A program made the translations under genes and the position numbers. From the IMG/VR virus record IMGVR_UViG_3300028840_002857: a stretch of DNA of 44,514 bases. One strand, given 5' to 3'. Below, piece by piece: positions 1 through 6,866 of the stretch. How positions within the stretch are numbered: the first letter of the stretch is position 1; each line of letters begins with the position of its first letter. The stretch comes from a virus. Under the pieces are notes generated by a model. That model did not search any database. It was not told the origin of the DNA and saw nothing but the letters and a program-made list of their open reading frames with translations.

Positions 1-144
1 CTAAAAAATGCCACAGTTAGCTTATAATCAAGAAATGTCCGAAGCGTTCGCCGGCCTTTTGAGCGATTCCCGATTCCATGAAATCGAATCGAAAATCGCG
101 CTTGAAGCTATTAGCTTCGGATTCGGTCTTTGCGCGACTCAGGC
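1..144. repeat. Terminal direct repeat, copy 1 (identical to 44371..44514); circular-closure overlap
   Basis: Hand comparison shows 144/144 identical bases at both window ends. The repeat boundary cuts through the ORF that starts at 8 (= 44378). Confidence 0.9.
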
Positions 145-781
145 AAATCCGGCGAACGGCGTAAAGTTACCGGATACAAATAACGTCGTTATCACAGACG
201 ACGCCGGAACCTATACAGCGGGCGATATCGTCGTAACCGTCAACGGGACAGACGTAACCGAATCGTTCGATACGGACAAAAATACAACCATGACCGCGCT
301 TGCCGCGTCGATTCAGGCGCTTGCCACGGTATCGACAGCCGCATACGTCGCCGGATCGCATACAATCACAATTGTTGCGGCCAATGACGTTGATTTGACC
401 GTAACCGTCGACGTTTCAGGGATTACCGGGACCATGACGATATCTTCGATCGTCGGAACTTGTCTTGACTTGGTTCGGGGAATCGCGGTTCATTCCCATA
501 TTGCAAATAACACATTGCCGACAATCGGCGCTTCGACTTTTGAAGCCGCCGGATACGTCGCCAATGACGCCGTTTCCGTACTTCGCAAGGGTCAAGTTTG
601 GGTTGAGGTCGCCGACGCGGTCGTAATAGATACGCCCGTTTATCTTATCACAGCCGGCGCCAACAAGGGGAAATTAACGGACAGTTCTTCAAGTCCGAAT
701 ATCCTTGTTCCAAGCGCGGTTTTCCGTTCAGCCACAAGCGCCGCGGGGATCGCCAAGGTTGACATTAATTTACCAGTATAA
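8..781 (+). CDS. Capsid cement/decoration protein (jelly-roll, DUF2190 / BPP-1 gp24-like) with an inserted module
   Basis: 257-aa ORF between the DUF2213-like gene (across the junction) and the major capsid gene. The N-terminal segment (aa 1-57) and the C-terminal segment (RGIAVHS...VLRKGQVWVEV...AKVDINLP) resemble cement proteins found in this gene order. Residues 58-150 are an insertion shared with 42116..42922. Confidence 0.6.
   Translation: MPQLAYNQEMSEAFAGLLSDSRFHEIESKIALEAISFGFGLCATQANPANGVKLPDTNNVVITDDAGTYTAGDIVVTVNGTDVTESFDTDKNTTMTALAASIQALATVSTAAYVAGSHTITIVAANDVDLTVTVDVSGITGTMTISSIVGTCLDLVRGIAVHSHIANNTLPTIGASTFEAAGYVANDAVSVLRKGQVWVEVADAVVIDTPVYLITAGANKGKLTDSSSSPNILVPSAVFRSATSAAGIAKVDINLPV
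221..323 (+). repeat. 103-nt block identical to 42425..42527
   Basis: Base-by-base comparison. The identity starts at ggcgatatcg and ends at gcgcttg, and the flanks diverge on both sides. Confidence 0.9.
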
Positions 782-812
782 TAACCAATTAACCTAAAAA
801 GGAGTATGGAAA

Positions 813-1793
813 ATGCCAGAAGTAATAAACAGTACAATCCTTGACGCGAACGAATCCGCATTTTTCGCCCGCGAATTGGAGCATATCAAAGCGCGTTCTT
901 ATGATATCCAATATCCCGAATACAAAGCCACGCGCTTGATTCCCGTATCAAACGAAGCCGGTTCCGGCGCCGATACGATCACGTATCAACAGTTCGACAG
1001 CGTCGGAATTATGAAAATCATTGCCAATTATGCGGACGATTTACCACGGTCCGACATTAAAGGGAAGGAATTTACATCCCCGGTCAAAGGTCTTGGCGGA
1101 TCGTATGGATACAATCGACAGGAAATCAGGGCCGCGACAATGGCCGGCAAACCGCTACAGCAAAGAAAAGCGAATTCCGCGCGTCGCGCTTATGATCAGG
1201 CCGTCGAACGTATCGCATTCTTGGCCCGGACAGACGACGGCGTCAACGGCGGTCTTTGCGGATTGATCTATAATGCGAATACGACCAAAGCCGGCGCCGC
1301 AACAGGCGCGTCTTCCGGTCAAACGCTTTGGATCAATACAACAACACCGGCAAATGTAAAAACCCCGGCCGAAATCGTAAAGGAAATGTCCGATCTTTGC
1401 GTCGACGTTGATACGTTGACTTTGGGCGTCGAAATGATTACAAAGATTTTGCTCCCCCGTCCTCATTACGGGTTAATTTCAAATACCCGAATGGCAACAG
1501 GGACCGATACGACAATCCTTCAATTTTTCCTTCGGAACAATCCGGGCGTATCCGTCGAAGCCGTCAACCAGTTACGGAACCTTGATCCGAAACCTTCCGG
1601 CGGCGCCGGTCCGTCAAATGCAATGTTAGGATACAATCCGAATCCGGATAAACTAACATTAGAAATTCCAATGCCTTTCGAGCAGTTACCAGTTCAAGAA
1701 CGCGGGCTTGAATTTGTGGTAAATACCGAAGCGCGTATCGGCGGAGTTATCATTTATTACCCGCTTTCCGTATCAATTATCGAAGACATTTAA
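813..1793 (+). CDS. Major capsid protein (DUF2184-like, HK97-fold class)
   Basis: 326 aa with an AAAAAGGAG RBS. The N-terminal FFARELEHIKARSYDIQYPEYKATRLIPV pattern is typical of the DUF2184 capsid family. It follows the scaffold and cement genes. Confidence 0.8.
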   Translation: MPEVINSTILDANESAFFARELEHIKARSYDIQYPEYKATRLIPVSNEAGSGADTITYQQFDSVGIMKIIANYADDLPRSDIKGKEFTSPVKGLGGSYGYNRQEIRAATMAGKPLQQRKANSARRAYDQAVERIAFLARTDDGVNGGLCGLIYNANTTKAGAATGASSGQTLWINTTTPANVKTPAEIVKEMSDLCVDVDTLTLGVEMITKILLPRPHYGLISNTRMATGTDTTILQFFLRNNPGVSVEAVNQLRNLDPKPSGGAGPSNAMLGYNPNPDKLTLEIPMPFEQLPVQERGLEFVVNTEARIGGVIIYYPLSVSIIEDI

Positions 1794-1814
1794 TTCGATA
1801 ATAATTTGAAAACT

Positions 1815-1844
1815 ATACCCCGGGTCCGAAATGGCCCGGGGTAT
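1815..1844 (+). terminator. Perfect 10-bp stem-loop after the capsid gene (possible attenuator or RNA stabiliser)
   Basis: ataccccggg (1815-1824) pairs with cccggggtat (1835-1844) around a 10-nt loop. Only a short T run follows, so it is weak as an intrinsic terminator. Confidence 0.4.
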
Positions 1845-1865
1845 TTCCAAAGGAAGGGTAATAAT

Positions 1866-2297
1866 ATGATTCTCAAATGGAATAAAGCTTCCGTTACAAA
1901 AATCGCTGGACAATTTATTTATCCCGGAGTAAACAATCTTCCGGACGATAAAAGGGACGAAATTTTAAAAAGTCCTTGGGTTAAGGAAAAAATGGAAATG
2001 TCCCCGCCGATTATTGAAATCATTGAAAAGACAAAAGAAAAGCCTGCGGTTCCAGTCCAAGGGTCCGGAACAAACGTCGTCGAAGAACCGACAAAAGAAT
2101 CCGTTGACGACGAAGTAACCGACGACATTACGGAAATGAGCGTCAAAGACGCTATTTCCGTCGTTAAAGAAACGCTTATTTTGGCGGACCTTGAAGAAAT
2201 GAAAAAAAAGGAAACCCGGAAAAGCGTTTCAAAAGTTATCGACAAGCAGATCGAAATTTTAGAATCGGAACCGGAAAGCGAAAAGGAAGGGGAATAA
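1866..2297 (+). CDS. Hypothetical acidic protein
   Basis: ATG 1866 follows AGGAAGGG. The ORF-track start at 1806 lies inside the hairpin. The C-terminus is rich in Glu/Lys. Confidence 0.55.
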   Translation: MILKWNKASVTKIAGQFIYPGVNNLPDDKRDEILKSPWVKEKMEMSPPIIEIIEKTKEKPAVPVQGSGTNVVEEPTKESVDDEVTDDITEMSVKDAISVVKETLILADLEEMKKKETRKSVSKVIDKQIEILESEPESEKEGE

Positions 2298-2300
2298 ACC

Positions 2301-2651
2301 TTGTCAGTTTCAACCGTTGCGGATATTATCGTCGTTCGCAATCCGAACGTTACCGTTGACGCCCGCGTAACCGATTTAATTACGTTGGCGACCCAAGATA
2401 TAGGATCCGTCTTCGGGTCCAAGACAAATGACGCAATTGCTTTATTGGTCCTTCATTGGATAGCATTAGACGCCCGCGCCGGCGGATTCGCGCCCGGAGC
2501 AATCAAAAGCGAAAAAGAGGGCGATTTAGCGCGGTCCTTCGGCGGGTCAGGATCCAAGACATTAACCGATCTTGATTCAACGTCTTGGGGTTTACAATTA
2601 AAAAGATTACGGAATGCGCTTATCTTTTCCGCAAGGGACCGGACAATTTGA
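2301..2651 (+). CDS. Head-tail adaptor (DUF4054-like)
   Basis: TTG start behind AAGGAAGGGG. LLVLHWIALDARAGG...GAIKSEKEGDLARSF matches the adaptor pattern (lahlltl...tsek.GdlS.sf). Confidence 0.6.
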   Translation: MSVSTVADIIVVRNPNVTVDARVTDLITLATQDIGSVFGSKTNDAIALLVLHWIALDARAGGFAPGAIKSEKEGDLARSFGGSGSKTLTDLDSTSWGLQLKRLRNALIFSARDRTI

Positions 2652-2652
2652 A

Positions 2653-3156
2653 ATGCCCGCAACAATTAAACAAAAAATTATCGATCGCGGATGGAATCGA
2701 ATAATTAGAGAAGTACGGAAGGCCGACAATTCATATACGAAAGTCGGTCTTCCACAGGAAGGCGAAGTAAAAGAAGGAACGAAAACAGGAAGCGGAAACG
2801 AACCAATTATTCAAATGTCCGAACTTGTAACCGTTGGCGCGGTTCAAGAATTCGGGGCGCCGAAAAAAAATATTCCGGCGCGGCCGTTTATTCGGACAAC
2901 ATACGACGAAAATAGAGAAAAAATAAATAACCTTGTACTGAATGAATATGAAAAAATTGTCGATGGCAGTTCTAATGTTAAACGATCTTTGGGGTTAATA
3001 GGCGAATGGCTTAAAGCAAAGACACAAGCCAAAATACGCGCCATACGGACCCCGCCGAACGCGCCGACAACAATAGCAAAAAAAGGTTCGTCAAACCCGC
3101 TCATTGATACTGGACAAATGGTTCAATCAATTCAACACGTCGAGGTTATACCATGA
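2653..3156 (+). CDS. Head-tail joining protein, HK97 gp10-like
   Basis: ATG 2653 lies just after the previous stop. The NIPARPFIR motif is typical of the HK97 gp10 family. Confidence 0.6.
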   Translation: MPATIKQKIIDRGWNRIIREVRKADNSYTKVGLPQEGEVKEGTKTGSGNEPIIQMSELVTVGAVQEFGAPKKNIPARPFIRTTYDENREKINNLVLNEYEKIVDGSSNVKRSLGLIGEWLKAKTQAKIRAIRTPPNAPTTIAKKGSSNPLIDTGQMVQSIQHVEVIP

Positions 3157-3485
3157 GTTTTAGACAGGCCGTTACAATAAAAAGAGTTGACGCCGCCCCG
3201 GTAGCAACCGACGGAATATACGCCCCGGCCGCCACGTCTAATTTTACTATTAAAGCAAGTATCCAACCTTTAAAGCCCAATGAAATGCAATTATTAGAAG
3301 AAGGGCGCCGGGATTCCGAAGCGTTCCGGCTTTATACAGATACGCAATTATTAACAGCCAAGACAAGCACGAAAAAAAACGCGGATATTGCAGTATTTTA
3401 TGGAAATGAATATGAAGTTTTGTCATGCGCGACATGGCAAAATAATGTAATAAATCATTATAAAGCGATTGTAGTTAAATTATGA
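3153..3485 (+). CDS. Neck / head-closure protein (hypothetical)
   Basis: 110 aa with a start overlapping the previous stop (ATGA). The call rests on position in the neck module and a weak resemblance to head-closure proteins. Confidence 0.45.
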   Translation: MSFRQAVTIKRVDAAPVATDGIYAPAATSNFTIKASIQPLKPNEMQLLEEGRRDSEAFRLYTDTQLLTAKTSTKKNADIAVFYGNEYEVLSCATWQNNVINHYKAIVVKL

Positions 3486-3817
3486 GTAGCGAAGGAATAT
3501 TAAATATGAATATCGATCCGTTGTCGGAAACATTGGGACAGCTTGTTCAAAATCAAAAAAATATGTCAGGTATTTTAAATAAAATTGATAATAAAGTCGA
3601 TGTTTTAAAAGAATTTCAGAGCGCAACCGAAACAAGATTAAAGCATGGCGCCGACCATTTTAATAAATTAGATAAAGCCGATGTTGAACACAAAAAGGAT
3701 TTATCGACAATCGAAAAAAAAATACCGTCTAAAAAGTTTTTATATTCAACCGTATATCTTTGGCTTCTTGCTATGTCAGTCGTATTAATTTTAGTATCCA
3801 TTACATTAGGAAAATAA
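3482..3817 (+). CDS. Hypothetical coiled-coil protein with a C-terminal transmembrane anchor
   Basis: 111 aa. A hydrophobic tail, FLYSTVYLWLLAMSVVLILVSITLGK, follows a Lys/Asp-rich helical segment. Both ends are translationally coupled. Confidence 0.55.
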   Translation: MSSEGILNMNIDPLSETLGQLVQNQKNMSGILNKIDNKVDVLKEFQSATETRLKHGADHFNKLDKADVEHKKDLSTIEKKIPSKKFLYSTVYLWLLAMSVVLILVSITLGK

Positions 3818-4359
3818 TGTCATATTTTAGTGTAAAAAAACAGGCGTTGTATAATCTGGTTTATGGTTCGACTTCAATAGAAACTATTTGGGCGGACCAA
3901 GATTTCCCGCAACCGGATAAAACATATATCGTATTGCGTATGGAATCTTTCGTCCCGGTTGGAAGTGATTATCAAGGACGGCCGGACGACGACGGCGACA
4001 ATAGAATAACAGGAAACCGGGAATTCACGTTGAACGTTCAAGTGTTAAGCGCCAATTTATTCGACGATGCCTTCGAAGCGCTGGAAACTTTACGCATGGC
4101 ATTAAATACAAATACTTATTTGGATCCGTTACGCGTCGCCGGCATTGCGTTTGTCGACTCATTCCCAATTCAAAATTTAACAGGAATACAGGATACAAAA
4201 TTCCTTCCGCGCGGATCCATGGACCTATTATTCCGGACGACACGCGAAAGCCAGCCCGGAACCGGTTTTATTGGAATTGTTAAAGATATGGAAGGAAAAT
4301 ATTATAAAGACGATGTATTGGTTAAAACAGAAGAAATTACGATCGATACAATTAATTAA
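3817..4359 (+). CDS. Tail terminator / neck protein-like
   Basis: The ATG overlaps the previous stop (TAATG). IWADQDFPQPDKTYIVLRMES resembles the w.qn.prP..pyi.l pattern of tail-terminator-type proteins. It lies immediately upstream of the sheath gene. Confidence 0.5.
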   Translation: MSYFSVKKQALYNLVYGSTSIETIWADQDFPQPDKTYIVLRMESFVPVGSDYQGRPDDDGDNRITGNREFTLNVQVLSANLFDDAFEALETLRMALNTNTYLDPLRVAGIAFVDSFPIQNLTGIQDTKFLPRGSMDLLFRTTRESQPGTGFIGIVKDMEGKYYKDDVLVKTEEITIDTIN

Positions 4360-4381
4360 ACTTTTTACAAAGGGGGCTTAA

Positions 4382-5686
4382 ATGCCGTTATCCGATATTG
4401 TCAATGTTTCCATTACCCGGCAGACCGCGGCAGTTTCGCGCTTGGGATTTGGAACACTTCTTGTTGTTGGAGCGCATAAGCGTTTCACAGAAAGAATAAA
4501 ATTTTATTCAACATTAACCGCCATGGCCGAAGATTTCGAAGCAACCGACGCGGAATATGTCGCCGCGACCGATTGGTTTGGTCAGAATCCGACACCGACA
4601 AGAATAGCGGTTGGCCGTCGGAAGATTGACGATCCGGTCGGCGTTGCTGTTTCCGATGTACAGAACGATACGGATTATGATATTTATATCAATGGTACAA
4701 AATTTTCTTTTACTTCCGATGCAACAGCGACAGCAATAGAAATTGCCGCGGGTCTTGTTGCGGCCGTTAATGCCGGCGCCGAACCAGTTACAGCAACAGA
4801 CGACACCGACGGAACATTTACACTTTCCGCCGACGTTGCCGATACCGCATATACATTATTAATCGATACAAAATGTACTCAGGAAGCATTTACAATTACC
4901 GAAACAATAGGCGATACAATGGACGCTATTGTAAAAGCTTCCGACGATTTTTACGGGATTGTATTAACAGACAGAACCCAAGCAACAGTCGAATTAATGG
5001 CGGCATGGGTAGAAGCCAAGATAAAGATTTTCGGTACCGCTTCGGCCGATGCCGATATCCCGGATACTACAGACGCCGCGGATGCGACCACAATAGCCGC
5101 AACGTTAAAAGCCGCGAGTTATGCGCGTTCTTTTGTTTTTTATTCAGCAAGCGCCGCGACAGAATATATCGACGCCGCTTTACTTGGAAAGATATTAACG
5201 CAGGATCCCGGATCCTATACTGCAAAGTTTAAGACTTTGGCTTCTGTAACAGTTGACACCCTAACCGATACACAGGTTACAAACATTTTGGCAAAGAATG
5301 CAAATTGTTATACAGAGGTCGGCGGCGTTAATATAACCCAAAACGGTACAGTATCCGAACCGGAATATATAGACGTTATTGTCTTTGTGGATTGGTTACA
5401 GTCCGACATGACGTCAAATATATATTCGAAGCTTGTAAATCTTCCGAAGGTTCCTTTTACCGATCCCGGAATTGGCGTTGTGGAAGCAGAAGTCAAGGCT
5501 TCATTACAGCGGGGGATTGACCGGGGCGGTTTGGCCGCGGATCCGGCGCCCACGACAACGGTTCCATTGGCCGCCGACGTTTCAAGCGTCGACAAAGCGG
5601 CGCGGACATTGCCGGACGTAAAATTTACGGCGACACTTGCCGGCGCGATTCATTCGGTTACAGTAACCGGAACAGTGGTATTATAA
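4382..5686 (+). CDS. Tail sheath protein (DUF3383-like) with an inserted module
   Basis: 434 aa with a CAAAGGGGG RBS. The N-terminus, MPLSDIVNVSITRQTAAVSRLGFGTLLVVG, is typical of DUF3383. The tube gene follows. Confidence 0.75.
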   Translation: MPLSDIVNVSITRQTAAVSRLGFGTLLVVGAHKRFTERIKFYSTLTAMAEDFEATDAEYVAATDWFGQNPTPTRIAVGRRKIDDPVGVAVSDVQNDTDYDIYINGTKFSFTSDATATAIEIAAGLVAAVNAGAEPVTATDDTDGTFTLSADVADTAYTLLIDTKCTQEAFTITETIGDTMDAIVKASDDFYGIVLTDRTQATVELMAAWVEAKIKIFGTASADADIPDTTDAADATTIAATLKAASYARSFVFYSASAATEYIDAALLGKILTQDPGSYTAKFKTLASVTVDTLTDTQVTNILAKNANCYTEVGGVNITQNGTVSEPEYIDVIVFVDWLQSDMTSNIYSKLVNLPKVPFTDPGIGVVEAEVKASLQRGIDRGGLAADPAPTTTVPLAADVSSVDKAARTLPDVKFTATLAGAIHSVTVTGTVVL

Positions 5687-5720
5687 CGGAATATTAATAA
5701 TTTAAAATAGGAGAAAAACA

Positions 5721-6164
5721 ATGTCAGTAAGAACATACGACCCAGCAAGCGTAAGCGTTTTGATTGGCGGCGTCCCAATTTCCGGATTTGCGGACGGAAC
5801 CTTTATTTCGGTAGAACGGAATAACCCAAAATTCCAAATGGTATCCGGAGCCGACGGTATAGTATCGCGTTCAAAATCGAACGATAAAACCGGAACAATG
5901 ACTTTAACATTGGCACAAACAAGCCCATCAAATGACGTCTTGGAAGGAATTGCCGCGCTGGATGAATTATCCAGTACCGGCATTGTTCCCGTCATGGTTA
6001 AAGACAATTCCGGAAGATCGGTTCATTTTGCTGGTAATGCTTGGATTCAACAGGATCCGACGGCAGAATTTGGAAAAGAATTATCAAATCGGGAATGGAC
6101 GTTTGACCTTGCCGATTATGTACCATTTAACGGCGGGAATGCCGAATTTGAACCGGCGACCTAA
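5721..6164 (+). CDS. Tail tube protein (DUF3277-like)
   Basis: 147 aa with an AGGAGAAA RBS. TYDPASVSVLIGGVPISGFADGTFISVE matches the DUF3277 pattern. It sits after the sheath gene. Confidence 0.7.
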   Translation: MSVRTYDPASVSVLIGGVPISGFADGTFISVERNNPKFQMVSGADGIVSRSKSNDKTGTMTLTLAQTSPSNDVLEGIAALDELSSTGIVPVMVKDNSGRSVHFAGNAWIQQDPTAEFGKELSNREWTFDLADYVPFNGGNAEFEPAT

Positions 6165-6189
6165 GAATCGCCAAAACGCGGAGGTTTGA

Positions 6190-6684
6190 ATGAGCAACGA
6201 TAACATATTAAGGACGGAAAAAAAGGTAATTGATAATGATTCTGTTGAATGTACAATATTTCCCGGGCTTCATGGTTTACGACTAAAGGGCCGGCTTTTA
6301 AAAATAGTCGGTCCCGCAGTCGGAAAAGCTTTTTCGGGAATTAAAACCGGTACCGGCAAATCAGTAATGGACACCGATATAAATTTAGAAGTTGTCGGCC
6401 AAGCAATTGAAGGATTAACGGAATCGTTGGATAATGAAAACACGATTAATTTAATTCTTGATCTTTTAACGCAAACCCGAATCAATGGCGAATCGATAAC
6501 CAAGAATACAATAAATTTAAAATTCGCCGGCGAATATTCCAAATTATATAAAGTCCTTTTATTTGTTATCGAAGCAAACCGTTTTTTCGGAAAATGGAGT
6601 ATTGGAAAACTGTTCGAACGGATAGAAAATCCGACGATCCCAATAACTCCAACAGAATCGACGAAGAAGTCAATAAACGATTAG
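6190..6684 (+). CDS. Tail assembly chaperone (G-like, in-frame product)
   Basis: 164 aa between the tube and tape measure genes, with a GCGGAGG RBS. Confidence 0.7.
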   Translation: MSNDNILRTEKKVIDNDSVECTIFPGLHGLRLKGRLLKIVGPAVGKAFSGIKTGTGKSVMDTDINLEVVGQAIEGLTESLDNENTINLILDLLTQTRINGESITKNTINLKFAGEYSKLYKVLLFVIEANRFFGKWSIGKLFERIENPTIPITPTESTKKSIND

Positions 6685-6866
6685 CGCCGGAAATTCAAGA
6701 CGAATTCCCGGTTTGGCGTTTAATAACGGAACGCGTCGCAACATTAAAGGAATTATCGACAATATATAGTTATGAAGATATTGTCAAAATGAATGCGGTT
6801 TTAGATATGCGAAATTTTATTGATGAAAAACAGGCGGAAAATGTAAAGACAAAAGGTAATAAATGA
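6190..6866 (+). CDS. Tail assembly chaperone, -1 frameshift fusion product (GT-like)
   Basis: The -1 frame is open from 6582 through 6866 and overlaps the end of the G-like ORF. The slippery heptamer is at 6582..6588. The fusion would be about 225 aa. Confidence 0.6.
6582..6588 (+). promoter_or_regulatory. Candidate -1 programmed frameshift site T TTT TTC
   Basis: In the zero frame the codons are cgt ttt ttc gga (R F F G). T_TTT_TTC fits X_XXY_YYZ. After the slip the next codon is cgg at 6588. Confidence 0.6.

Noticed and set aside
1-144. The 144-bp terminal repeat could be a physical direct terminal repeat of the virion DNA.
   Set aside because: The boundary falls in the middle of a coding sequence with no end-like features. 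The gene content points to headful packaging, so an assembler closure overlap is the simpler reading. I cannot exclude a true repeat without read data.
221-323. The near-identical segments 179-457 and 42380-42661 could have been the template and variable repeats of a diversity-generating retroelement.
   Set aside because: No reverse transcriptase or accessory gene is present anywhere in the genome. Both copies are in-frame parts of structural genes. The mismatches in the flanks are not restricted to adenine positions.
4873-5232. Same-strand alternative-frame ORFs of 60-119 aa inside larger genes (also 22635-22940, 24727-25023, 35373-35699, 37179-37535 and 43875-44177).
   Set aside because: Their translations are Arg/Ser/Asn-rich and featureless, and the host frames have clear family motifs. 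Only the 243-codon case at 30329-31060 stood out by length and motif content.
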